DNA from: Anthoceros angustus
Taxonomy: Eukaryota; Plantae; Anthocerotophyta
Direction: 5' to 3'
Assembly (NCBI GenBank): GCA_010909165.1
Contig: MU008173.1
Span: 1,240,001 to 1,304,000 of the forward strand
Length of the DNA: 64,000 bases
Below are positions 36,722 to 47,837 of this stretch, piece by piece. The notes under the pieces were generated by a model, which did no database searches, was not told the DNA's origin, and saw nothing but the letters and a program-made list of their open reading frames with translations. Positions within the stretch are counted from its first letter, which is position 1; each line of letters starts with the position of its first letter. A program made the position numbers and the translations under genes.

Positions 36722-39687
36722 CAAAGTTTGAAGTATTACAGACATCATCCGTGCATTGGAACGATGGGCGTCCGGCCTAATAGGTCTGACATCGTGTTCT
36801 CATCTTTGGGCACGCATTTGCGCGGCTGTTGTGGTGAGTGTCGGCAACCTCCAGGTAGTACTTACTTTGCAATCAGATAGCTGGCCTCAGGTCCATGCAA
36901 AGCTGCGTATCTGTTGGCTGCACCAGGTCTGTCTTGGTCGTTGGAGAGGGATCACAACATTGGTGCCTGACACGCTTGCTTGGTTGGATACAGTTCAAAA
37001 GTCAAGGCGTGACCGATACTGCGGTTGTGAAGATGAGCCCGTTGGAAGTCGGCAACAGAGTAATGGATGATGTTCGGCTCCCAAACCTTGCCTAGGCTGG
37101 TCGAGTTAGTCTATCCCAAGTTCTACCCTTGTGTATCAATCTCGAAAACATATGGTCTCACACCTGCAGGCTTTTTGGTGATCAAGTGACTTCGTGAGTA
37201 CGTCTTGCTACCGATGCTGCTAAATTCTGAAATGACAGGGAAACTCATTGACACTTCTATCCAAAATGGACGAGCTATAGAATGTCGGGTGAGAATGATA
37301 AGTCCGGTCTATGTGAGCCCACCAACTGCTCAAACCATCTAATACGCTCCATATTCCCAGGAAGGCTTAGGAAGCTCTCTTATAGTGCAGTACGTAATTC
37401 TGGACAATGAAAGGAGCCATATATTGTGTATGAAAAGTTAGCATAGAAGCTGGGCACTGAGCTATTTGTCCAGCTTAACTTCAAACGGATGCAATAATGA
37501 TATCTAATTCAAGAACAACAGACTTAAGCTCACTCTAGCTGGCGTTGAGACAAGAACACCTTGATATGGATCAAGGCTCTGAAGAAAGTAATCAAATTCA
37601 TTTATAAAAATATTAATTATTTATCAATTTGAATAATAGCTCTGCAGAAAGTGCTGGCTAAATCCTGTTTATAGGACGGCTACGTGCATAGGACTAACCA
37701 AATGGACACACATTTATAAGAATGCCGTGATAAAGCGTCCTGAGCCAAATGGACACACATTTAAAATGGACACACATTTATAAGAACGCCGTGATTAAGC
37801 ATCCTGAGCTTGGATCGGTACTTAGATGGGGTGCCTAAAGGGAGTGGATGTTCTTGGTGCAAGTAGCTTAGGCACACCATGGTACAAGTTGTTAAGTACC
37901 AAGTCCCATGATGGAAATCCGTCCTTAGTGGACTTAAATAAAATTCTTCTTCTCTTCTTCTTCTTTTTGGGTTGTTCCTCCTCGGACTTCAGGGGTAGAT
38001 GGGAAATTTCTTCTCTTCTTCTTCTTTTTGGGTTGTTCCTCCTCGGACTTCAGGGGTAGATGGGATTTCCCATCTCATCTATGAATAACGTCTACTCTAT
38101 TCTTTTTCATCTGAATAATAATAATTTTTATATGTATTAATTATACCCTGCCGGAAATATAACACCAAGATCCTTTCCAAAATTGAGGGGCGTGAGATTG
38201 TTGTGAGAGATTCGCACCGCGTTCACCATTTCAGGGATGGGGTTTGCTCATGTGAAGATTCTCGTTGACAAAGTTTGAAGTATTACAGACATCATCCGTG
38301 CATTGGAACGATGGGCGTCCGGCCTAATAGGTCTGACATCGTGTTCTCATCTTTGGGCACGTACTTGCGGCTGTTGTGGTGAGTGTCGGCAACCTCCAGG
38401 TAGTACTTACTTTGCAATCAGATAGCTGGCCTCAGGTCCATGCAAAGCTGCGTATCTGTTGGCTGCACCAGGTCTGTCTTGGTCGTTGGAGAGGGATCAC
38501 AACATTGGTGCCTGACACGCTTGCTTGGTTGGATACAGTTCAAAAGTCAAGGCGTGACCGATACTGCGGTTGTGAAGATGAGCCCGTTGGAAGTCGGCAA
38601 CAGAGTAATGGATGATGTTCGGCTCCCAAACCTTGCCTAGGCTGGTCGAGTTAGTCTATCCCAAGTTCTACCCTTGTGTATCAATCTCGAAAACATATGG
38701 TCTCACACCTGCAGGCTTTTTGGTGATCAAGTGACTTCGTGAGTACGTCTTGCTACCGATGCTGCTAAATTCTGAAATGACAGGGAAACTCATTGACACT
38801 TCTATCCAAATGGACGAGCTATAGAATGTCGGGTGAGAATGATAAGTCCGGTCTATGTGAGCCCACCAACTGCTCAAACCATCTAATACGCTCCATATTC
38901 CCAGGAAGGCTTAGGAAGCTCTCTTATAGTGCAGTACGTAATTCTGGACAATGAAAGGAGCCATATATTGTATGAAAGTTAGCATAGAAGCTGGGCACTG
39001 AGCTATTTGTCCAGCAACTTCAAACGGATGCAATAATGATATCTAATTCAAGAACAACAGACTTAAGCTCACTCTAGCTGGCGTTGAGACAAGAACACCT
39101 TGATATGGATCAAGGCTCTGAAGAAAGTAATCAAATTCATTTATAAAAATATTAATTATTTATCAATTTGAATAATAGCTCTGCAGAAAGTGCTGGCTAA
39201 ATCCTGTTTATAGGACTACGTGCATAGGACTAACAAATGGACACACATTTATAAGAATGCCGTGATAAAGCGTCCTGAGCCAAATGGACACACATTTAAA
39301 ATGGACACACATTTATAAGAACGCCGTGATTAAGCATCCGAGCTTGGATCTTTAGATGGGGTGCCTAAAGGAGTGGATGTTCTTGGTGCAAGTAGCTTAG
39401 GCACACCATGGTACAAGTTGTTAAGTACCAAGTCCCATGATGGAAATCAAGTCCTTAGTGGACTTAAATAAAATTCTTCTTCTTCTTCTTCTTTTTGGGT
39501 TGTTCCTCCTGGACTAGGGGTAGATGGAAATTCTTCTCTTCTTCTTTTTGGGTTGTTCCTCCTCGGACTTCAGGGGTAGATGGGATTTCCCATCTCATCT
39601 ATGAATAACGTCTACTCTATTCTTTTTCATCTGAATAATAATAATTTTTATATGTATTAATTATACCCTGCCGGAAATATAACACCA
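36617..39687. repeat. About 1.55-kb near-identical tandem duplication (36617-38163 and 38164-39687)
   Basis: Both copies start ACCAAGATCCTTTCC and end GGAAATATAACACCA. Identical ORF translations appear twice in the ORF track. Each copy contains smaller internal direct repeats. Confidence 0.95.
38164..38268 (+). pseudogene. Duplicated 3' fragment of the DYW domain
   Basis: Copy of 36617-36721 ([34 protein letters not shown]) with no upstream coding sequence. Confidence 0.85.
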
Positions 39688-40556
39688 GCATCGCTGCACC
39701 GGCCATTTTATAGCCTGGTTTGTTGGGGGTGTACGAACAAACTTATGCTTTTTTGGCTGAGTATGATATTTATGTACTTGTGATTTCGATATAGGGTTTC
39801 TTTTGATTCTATTGGTGTAGAACTTTTGGGTATTCTATCTTCGGTTGCATTCCTCTTGGTGACTATATGCAATCCGATACTTTACAAGCATATGGTTTCT
39901 TTTAAGGTGCATCGGACGAGTTTAGGCTATGCTGACAGGGTGTAATTTTTAAGTACATGTGATTTCGACATAGAGTTTGTTGGTGTGGGTTGCATATTTT
40001 ATCTTTCATTCATGTATGTCGGCCACATTTTCCTTCACAGCAATTGCACGGCCATGCTTCCCTTCACAATAGTTGCTACCATACAAAAACTACAAGGCAT
40101 AATCTCATTCTCGTAGAACACTTGTTTATCTATTTAGTAGACTATCTTTGTAATTCAAGAATAAACTATCAAGTTATCTTAAGTACATAATATATAAATG
40201 AATGTACACAAATCTATATGTTTGAACAATATCTTCACATTGGAGAAGTATATACCTTGGATTTAGCATTTTTGCAATTTGGTTCTCGAGATATGGCATT
40301 CTTGCAGTCTATATATGTCGTTTCAGTGACGCATTTATTTATGATCTCAGATAGTCTGCGAAGAATCACCTATTTGCTATTTGACATAAATAGTGCAATG
40401 CGAAGTGTTTAAAATCTGGTATGTAAAATTTTTGGCAGATTGTTACAATAGTTTGACACTTGGTACAAACTATAGATCTAACTTGATAAGAATTTGAATG
40501 CAAACATGAATTAGTTCATTCCTCACAGAAAGAAGGAAAAACACCTAAAATCGAAC

Positions 40557-40649
40557 TGGACCCGCCGTGAATCAACCTTCTGATCTGGAGTCAGGTATCG
40601 AACGCGCAGCCTTCTGATTTGGAGTGAGATATCGAACACGCAGCCTTCT
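40557..40649 (-). pseudogene. tRNA-Trp(CCA)-derived fragments in a 34-bp tandem repeat
   Basis: Minus strand reads AGAAGGCTGCGTGTTCGAT..CTCACTCCAAATCAGAAGGCTGCGCGTTCGAT..CTGACTCCAGATCAGAAGGTTG-ATTCACGGCGGGTCCA. This matches the anticodon arm, T arm and 3' acceptor strand of plant cytosolic tRNA-Trp; the 5' half is absent. Confidence 0.7.
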
Positions 40650-40656
40650 AACTTGC

Positions 40657-42495
40657 ATGGTACATAGTGTTCTTTTTTACAATATGTATAGGATACATAG
40701 TAAATTTTCTATATGGTCACATTTGATAAAGTCATGTTCTTACAGTTACAGTTTTTATGGGCAGCAATCTTGTACTAAAATGGATATAATTTCATCGCAA
40801 AGTTTAAGGACCGTACATGATTCGATCGATAAGAATATTGGTGAAGGAAGAGGTACATCATATATTGTACCTCCAAAATACTATTTAAATAACCATGAGT
40901 ATGAAAGTCATAAGATGCAAGATACAAACTTTGAAGAGAATGATAATGCTCTCCAAGAAGGAGAGTGGAGTACATATTTGAACTTATCAGCTCCATTGCC
41001 TTCTGAAGAAGAGCATAATGATGTGGATTTGGTGCTCGAATCATCGCCTCCATTTTCATCTTCCAATATCTTTGGTAATTCAGGACAAGACATGGTAGAG
41101 GATGTACCTGCATATTCTAACACTTCTTTCTTGTCACAGCTTGATGACAATCTATTTCTTGTTCTTTTTTTTGGACAAGGAGATGAACAACTATATCAAT
41201 GCAAGGAAGCAGATGTAGGAGAATATAACTCTCCACTACCATACATTCATACAACTTTAGAAGAAAGGGATCATGGTCAATTCGCAAATGCTGCACTTGC
41301 AGAGGGAGATTTCACCACAACTACGTCATTACAATGTCATGAAGAGGTATCAGTTTATAATAATTGCCTAATAGAGGAAATGTGTCCTGATGTTTCATAC
41401 ATGAATCTTCAACCTTCATACTCGGAAATAAGATGTGCTGATGGCTTGGGAATGGTAGCTTCAAACATGCAAGAATCGCAGATGAGTACATCAAAGGAAA
41501 TGAGTTCTAACAACTATGACAAAGAATCTTCTTCTTATAATGCATCATATGAAATGTCTCAAGACTTGATTATAGTTGAAATGCTATCCAAAATTATGAG
41601 CACTCTTGAAGCTTGGACATTACTTGGATATTCTATGAAAAATAATGAAGGAGATTTTTTGAAGACATGTCCTACAAAGGAAGACCTTGAAAACATGGTA
41701 AAATTTGGCCAAGCAAGAGTTGGTCACTCTTCACGATCGAAAGCTGATTTTCATGGGGTGACGCAGCACAAAAAAACAAAAATTTATGATGGTCAAATTT
41801 GGATTAACGAAGCACATATGACAACCGATCCAAACGAAAAAAATACTCTTGATGCACAAAGGAATATGGATGAGAAGGCTACAAGTATCAATTTGACCAC
41901 TAAAACTCGCAAAAGGGAAAAAAAAGGAAGACAAATATATTTGGGAGGGTCCAAAAACAATCCGATTTGGGTTGCACAACAAGTGGATAGAATGAAGCTA
42001 AAGATGTATCTTTGTGGGCTCTCATCCGGGCATGTAATAGATTTCAATTTTGCGCCCGTAACGTATCTGGCAGATATGTGTCACCCTGATGTGCAAGCCA
42101 TAACCAATTGGATGGACTATCGCACGTACCTACTATCACAGGATACAGATATCTTTCTAGAAAACAAAAGAAAGCTAGACGGACTTATTGGTGTTTATAC
42201 CAGGGTGAATGAAGTACCAGCTTCGTATTATACATACGTCCATGTAGATGGTAGAAATGGGAAAAGAGAGGTAATAGGAAACTTTAATACAGGTATTGAG
42301 GCAGCTATAGCTTACGATTGTAACATCATAGCCCGAGGATATTTCATGGATAAAAAACTTTTTTTGAGGCGTTTAAACTTTCCACTGAGAAACTATCCAA
42401 GAGAGATAGAGAGTTATATTATTTTAAAACTAAACGGAAAACAACCTCTAGGAACTTCAGAAATAGAGGATCAATATGCCTCATCCTCATCCTAG
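40657..42495 (+). CDS. Highly divergent intronless double-AP2-domain protein (ANT/WRI-like)
   Basis: AP2-R1-like FHGVTQHKKTKIYDGQIW...KKGRQIYLGG...VAQQVDRMKLK...FNF and AP2-R2-like IGV...IGNFNTGIEAAIAYD...LNFPLRNY. Long acidic N-terminus. Start is 40657 or 40780. Confidence 0.75.
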   Translation: MVHSVLFYNMYRIHSKFSIWSHLIKSCSYSYSFYGQQSCTKMDIISSQSLRTVHDSIDKNIGEGRGTSYIVPPKYYLNNHEYESHKMQDTNFEENDNALQEGEWSTYLNLSAPLPSEEEHNDVDLVLESSPPFSSSNIFGNSGQDMVEDVPAYSNTSFLSQLDDNLFLVLFFGQGDEQLYQCKEADVGEYNSPLPYIHTTLEERDHGQFANAALAEGDFTTTTSLQCHEEVSVYNNCLIEEMCPDVSYMNLQPSYSEIRCADGLGMVASNMQESQMSTSKEMSSNNYDKESSSYNASYEMSQDLIIVEMLSKIMSTLEAWTLLGYSMKNNEGDFLKTCPTKEDLENMVKFGQARVGHSSRSKADFHGVTQHKKTKIYDGQIWINEAHMTTDPNEKNTLDAQRNMDEKATSINLTTKTRKREKKGRQIYLGGSKNNPIWVAQQVDRMKLKMYLCGLSSGHVIDFNFAPVTYLADMCHPDVQAITNWMDYRTYLLSQDTDIFLENKRKLDGLIGVYTRVNEVPASYYTYVHVDGRNGKREVIGNFNTGIEAAIAYDCNIIARGYFMDKKLFLRRLNFPLRNYPREIESYIILKLNGKQPLGTSEIEDQYASSSS

Positions 42496-43301
42496 GATTG
42501 GTCTTATGTATATTAAACATATACAAACTGTGTCCGTACTGAGGCGATAAGGTATTAAAGGTTGAAAAGCTTTTCGGTTACTAGTGTTAAAGGTTAAGAA
42601 AAGCTCTCGCTGCTCCTATACTAGACTTTTAGACAGTTAGCTCTCTCTTTGATGTTTGTTGGTCTTCAATTGGCCTCATTTTTTGTAATATTTGTATTTT
42701 TGTTCACAAAAAAAAAAAAGCTTTATGTTTCTTGGTGTTAAAGGTTGAAAACCTCTCAACTTTTGGTGTTTGAGCAAATGAAAGCTCTGGTGCTAAGAAA
42801 TTAGATTATCCCTTTGCATGGAAACAGTTTCTAGGTCGTGTGTGACGACGCATATCCCTCCTTCCACTCCTTTCTTTACCCGTAGAGGCAAGTTTCCACT
42901 TTAGGTGTGAAACCATGTGCTGGTGATGGAGAACCGTGTGGTATACATTAGGTTGCATCATCGGGAGACTATATCTCCGTGGAGAGAGTCCACATATATG
43001 AAACATGGATATACTCGCTGTGGATCGCACAACTGACATCTGATACTGATGGTTGACTCCTCTCAAGGGATACCATCTGGTTGGGTGGACTAGACAACGA
43101 AACGAGTTTGAAAGCGTCCAAGTTCAAATGTACAATGAAGTGCAATATTGGATTCATACTAGCCAGCCGAAACTTAGCTAGCTGTTTGGTGACTCCACTC
43201 CCATTGTACATAACAAGAAAAGTTTAGGGAATGCAACAATATACCAAGAGAAATTATCGGAACTAAACTTATGTTTGACCAAAAGTATTGCATCAACCTA
43301 T

Positions 43302-43408
43302 CATTCTAACACCACGACTGATATTCATTATAATTCCATTCTAACACCACGACTGATATTTATTCTAATTCCATTCTAACACCACGACTGATATTCATTC
43401 TAATTCCA
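43302..43408. repeat. Tandem repeat, about 35-bp unit x3
   Basis: CATTCTAACACCACGACTGATATT(C)ATT(C)TAATTC repeated. Confidence 0.9.
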
Positions 43409-43832
43409 ATCGCTTCTCCTCATGAGGCTTGGAAGTAGGAACAGTGGTGAATGAATACAGCTCTTGAATAAAGCTTTGGCATAGATTTGCTTTCTCTTAA
43501 GTAAAAATTGTAGACTTTGCACCTCATTTCGTTGTTAATCATTGCGTGCTCGTGGTTCTGGAAAAGAATGGGAATTAAATATCTTAATAAATAAAAGGTT
43601 TTTGTGTCGAAACCTACATGAATGAAACGCCTGAAAAATGGTCCCGAGAGTTTGTGTGAAACTCTAGCTTTATTTTCACGGAATGCCCTAAGAGCGAGTT
43701 AAGTTCGACTTGTATGTGAGAAAACGATGGCGGGAACGGTACGAAGCTGAGGCATAAGGAGAACTTGAGTAGACCTGCTAGTAGATTGTGTTGAGCCCGC
43801 TGTCGTTGCAGTCCTCCCCAAAGGACTTCAAG

Positions 43833-46087
43833 ATGTTGTGGGTGGATAAGTACCGTCCTACAAAGCTGGACAAGGTGCAGGTTCATGTAGATGAAGCGCA
43901 GCATCTGAAAAAATTGGTAAGCTCTCGAGCTTCACAATTCCAATTTTGCAGCCCCGGCTTTGGGATTTCTTCTTCAGAAGACCTGTTACTTGTTTGCAAG
44001 GGGATGGGGATCTGCAGCTGAAGCCCAACGACGTCGTGTAAATACTCAACTTGGATTGCATTGCAGATTGCGGAGGGGGACTGTCCGCACCTATTGTTCT
44101 ATGGGCCTTCAGGAGCTGGCAAGAAAACACTTATCATGGCTTTGCTGAGGCAGATGTACGGCCCTGGTGCTGATAAGGTCTTGCGCGGCTTGCTCATGCA
44201 TTGTCTTAGTTTTCCAGCAGGTTGTTTTGGAGATCCATGCATTGGCAGGTAGGACATAAGCAAAAGTTTGACGGCATGCGTCGGCGCGTGCAGGTGAAAG
44301 TGGAGAACAAGGGCTGGAAAATTGAGGTACTGCAGTTTCGCCATAGCCTTACTGATGTGATATACGTGTTTTTTTTTGGAATTTGGGATGTGTCGTTGGC
44401 ATGTTGTCTGATGAGTGTCTTTGGTTTTGTAAGGTTGGGGCGAGGAAAATCGAAATTGAGTTGACAACTGTGTCCAGCAACTATCATGTGGAGCTGAATC
44501 CCAGCGATGCAGGCTTTCAAGATAGATATGTGGTTCAGGAGATTATCAAGGAGATGGCTAAAAGCAGACCCATCGATGTGACTGGTCACAAGAGCTTCAA
44601 AGGTTTGTGTGCTTGTTTTAGCCCTTTTTCAGTACAAAATGTATGCATACTCCATTTCTTGAACATGAAGCAGTACTATTGCCATAAATGGTCACTGCGG
44701 ACATTTTGCTGAAACCGAACGTGTGAATGGCAGTCCTTGTCCTCAACGAGGTTGACAGACTTTCAAAGGAAGCTCAGCACTCGCTTCGCCGGACTATGGA
44801 AAAGTACAGCTCTGCGTGCAGGTTGATTCTGTGCTGCAACAGCCCATCCAAAGTCATTGAGGCTGTGAGGTCCCGGTGTCTAAACATCCGCATCAGTGCA
44901 CCCTCCGAGGCTGAGGTGAACCATTTTTCTCTAAGACAAAGTCGGTGTGAGTGTGTAATCAGTTTGTCATGGAAGGCCTCATTGTTAACAACCTACGGCT
45001 TAAGAAATGTAGTCACTTGAGTTGTGATGGATTCTCAGTTACCACTCTTTGGTGCAGATTGTCAAGGTCCTGCAATTTGTAGCCAAGAAGGAGAATTTGA
45101 TTCTTCCTGATGCTTTTGCTGCACGCATTGCTTCTGTTTCAAATAGAAACTTGCGGCGGGCCATTCTTTCTCTTGAAGCTTCCAAAGTGCAGAGGTATGT
45201 GTTTTATTTATTGAGATTCATCATCCAATCAACCCTGGGCTCCATTCTGTGGAGTCCTTCAAGTTGCTGTCCTATCAGTTTAGATTTATAGTCGTCTCTA
45301 GGTCAGAACTTGAATTCCCCTGCAGGTGGTAAGGTTCTCAACCCATTTGCTTCACAGATATCCGTTTACAGAAGACCAGGAGGTTCAAACAACGGACTGG
45401 GAACTCTATGTGGCCCAGATTGCAAATGACATCATAACTGAGCAGAGTCCGAAAAGGTTCATGCCCCACTCGTTTCTGTCATAATTTTTGGGCTTTATGT
45501 GAGCATTTCTCGTTTCTCACTCGACAGTGGTTCATAGGTTGTTCACAGTGCGGGGAAAGCTCTACGACCTCCTCATCAACTGCATACCGCCTGAAGTTGT
45601 TCTCAAGGTTTGCTCAACTTCAGTCCCCATTTCCTTTCTCCTACTCCATGCTGATAGCGTCTAAGATCAAGCATCACGCAGAGGCTGTTGTTGGAGTTGA
45701 TGAAGAAACTGGACTCTGAGCTCAAGCATGAGGTCTGTCATTGGGCGGCTTACTATGTAAGTACTTAGCATCCGCGCACCTTACGTAAGCCGTGCACTCT
45801 CTCTAAGTTCGTTAACTAACAGCTCATTTTCCTGATTGTATTATTCACCTGCGTCCTTGTGTTACCTAACAGGAGCACCACATGCAGCTGGGGCAAAAGC
45901 CCATATTCCACATCGAGGGTATGTCTACAGTCTTTTGGAATTCTCTTATTGTCATGATTTCTCACTGTGGATCTGAGCCAGCCTGTGGCGACGCTGGGTC
46001 TGAAGTACTTGCGTTGGTGGTTGTGCAGCTTTTGTGGCCAAGTTTATGAGTATCTACAAGCGTTTCCTTATTTCAACCCTTGGGTAG
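43833..46087 (+). CDS. RFC3: Replication factor C small subunit (human RFC3 / yeast Rfc5 orthologue)
   Basis: MLWVDKYRP, PHLLFYGPSGAGKKT, HVELNPSDAGFQDRYVVQEIIKEMA, VLNEVDRLSKEAQHSLRRTMEKYS, SRC motif, RNLRRAIL; last exon AFVAKFMSIYK...*. Confidence 0.95.
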
Positions 46088-46577
46088 ATCCTTGTGAGAG
46101 AGTGTACATTGCATCGACACCAGCTGGATGCAATCAATCAAGCACTTGTCATCGGCTGTACTGTGTATCATAGCGCATAGTATCCACCCTGAAGCCTCGA
46201 TTGCGGCAAGAATGCCGTGTGGGTCACTTCCATTCCTCCGATTCCTTTTCTTTTCAATCGCAGCCGGTGATTACAAAGGTAAGAAACATCCTTTAGTGTG
46301 CCGTGTTAGGAGGGGGCAGGAGTTGGAGGTGTCGGCGCTGTCCATCTGATTCGCGCACGCTTGTCCCGGGTAGTAAGTTAGGCTTTTACAGCCTTATTGT
46401 TGCAAGGTGTCGTCACTGTCATTTGATCTGACTGGCGCACGCGTCTCCTGAGCAGTAGGTGAGGCCTTCCTTTGCAGCATTGTTGCTGAAAGGCAAGAGC
46501 TTAACCTACTGGCCAGGAGACGGGTGTAGCATCGGGCTTTGCGAAAGCAAGAATGTTTGAAGAGCAACAGTAGTCAG

Positions 46578-47837
46578 TCAAGGCGCCACCAGCCTCTGCG
46601 CCCACTCACCACCGAACGGCACTCGGATCCTTCCTCCCCACTCAACTTCAAACAAAGTCTCAATGGTTCCACCGAACATCCACTGCAGCTCCTCCTCGCT
46701 GAACAAGCCGTCCTGAGCGGACAAAATGGCCCACGCCTTTCCATAACCACACGCCGGTTCCACGAACGGGAAGTCGGTGCCCCACATCACCCTCTGCGCT
46801 CCGAACACATCCAACAGCTTCCGCAGAAGCGGCCATGTGTCCCGATACGGAAACTCGTCCCTGGAAACCCTAAAGAAGGCGCTGGCCTTGACGTAGAGCT
46901 GCGGAAACCTAGCGAGCCCGAGGAGCCGGCTCCAGGCCTCCTCCTCCGCGACGTCCGAGGGAGGCTTGCAGAAACCTAGATGATCCAGCAGCACAGGTGT
47001 GGCAGGGAACTGGGAGCACAGCTCCTCGATCTCGTCCACATGCAGCATGAGGCCCTTGAAGCACATGAAGCCGACGGGGATTCCCAGCTCCCCGGCTTTG
47101 GCGAAGAGCGCCTTTCCCACGGCGTCCGTCATCTTGCGGCCGTCCGGCCACAGGTAGGGATTGAACCTGACGGCCCGGAATCCGTCCTCCTCCACCAGCC
47201 GCTGCAGCTCCTCCACTCCGACCAGCCCCGCGTGGATCCGCCAGGCAGCAGCCGACCAGCGTCTGCGGGTACCGCCGCAAGATGGCGGACAGGTAGGAGT
47301 GGTCGAAGCCGTGGTTGATCGGCTGCACCACCAGCGCCCCGTCCACCCCGCGTCCGCCATGGCCGCCAGCAGCAGGTCCGCTCCCGCCGGGATGGTCGGC
47401 TGCTGGCCCGGCGCGTAGGGGAAGCGCGCCGCCTCCTCCGCGGGGGCCCAGACGTGCACATGCGCGTCGATCTTCCTGGCGTCCGGCAGAGCCGGCGGCC
47501 CCTTCATGGCTCCCTTCCCCCGCCCCCGCCTGAGCAGGAACAGTGTGGCCCCAGCGGACAGCGCCAGCAGCAGCCGCACCGGCAGCGTGTTCTTGGTCAA
47601 GCGCAGCGGCTGTAGCTCCTTCCCGGATGGATTCGCAAATCCCGGCGGCGCTGCCTGCAGCGACTCGGATTCGCCTCCCCCTCCCTGCTGCAATGCTGCG
47701 CTCACCTTCAGCCGCCTACAGCTCGCAACGCTATCCCTCCAGCGCCTCGCCTGGTGCTGTTCTCGGACTGAGAAACACGGCGGCCCCAACACCGCCTGCC
47801 GCCCGATCGTGACGCTCAACCCTAGCGCCATTTTCAT
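46578..47837 (-). CDS. Amidohydrolase_2 family protein with plastid transit-like N-terminus; two compensating frameshifts in this sequence
   Basis: IDAHVHVW, RAVRFNPYLWP, LLDHLGFCKPP, YVKASAFFRVS, FGAQRVMWGTDFPF. The conserved VDGALVVQPINHGFDHSY...GCCLADP segment is in another frame (about 47235-47346). Confidence 0.88.
   Translation of the reverse strand: MKMALGLSVTIGRQAVLGPPCFSVREQHQARRWRDSVASCRRLKVSAALQQGGGGESESLQAAPPGFANPSGKELQPLRLTKNTLPVRLLLALSAGATLFLLRRGRGKGAMKGPPALPDARKIDAHVHVWAPAEEAARFPYAPGQQPTIPAGADLLLAAMADAGWTGRWWCSRSTTASTTPTCPPSCGGTRRRWSAAAWRIHAGLVGVEELQRLVEEDGFRAVRFNPYLWPDGRKMTDAVGKALFAKAGELGIPVGFMCFKGLMLHVDEIEELCSQFPATPVLLDHLGFCKPPSDVAEEEAWSRLLGLARFPQLYVKASAFFRVSRDEFPYRDTWPLLRKLLDVFGAQRVMWGTDFPFVEPACGYGKAWAILSAQDGLFSEEELQWMFGGTIETLFEVEWGGRIRVPFGGEWAQRLVAP

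Noticed and set aside
36756-37095. ORFs of 104 and 66 aa repeated in the duplication
   Set aside because: They lie in the PPR 3' region, and the recurrence is explained by the DNA duplication.
40557-40649. Functional tRNA-Trp gene
   Set aside because: No 5' acceptor strand or D arm, and the T loop is deleted in the copy carrying the 3' end.
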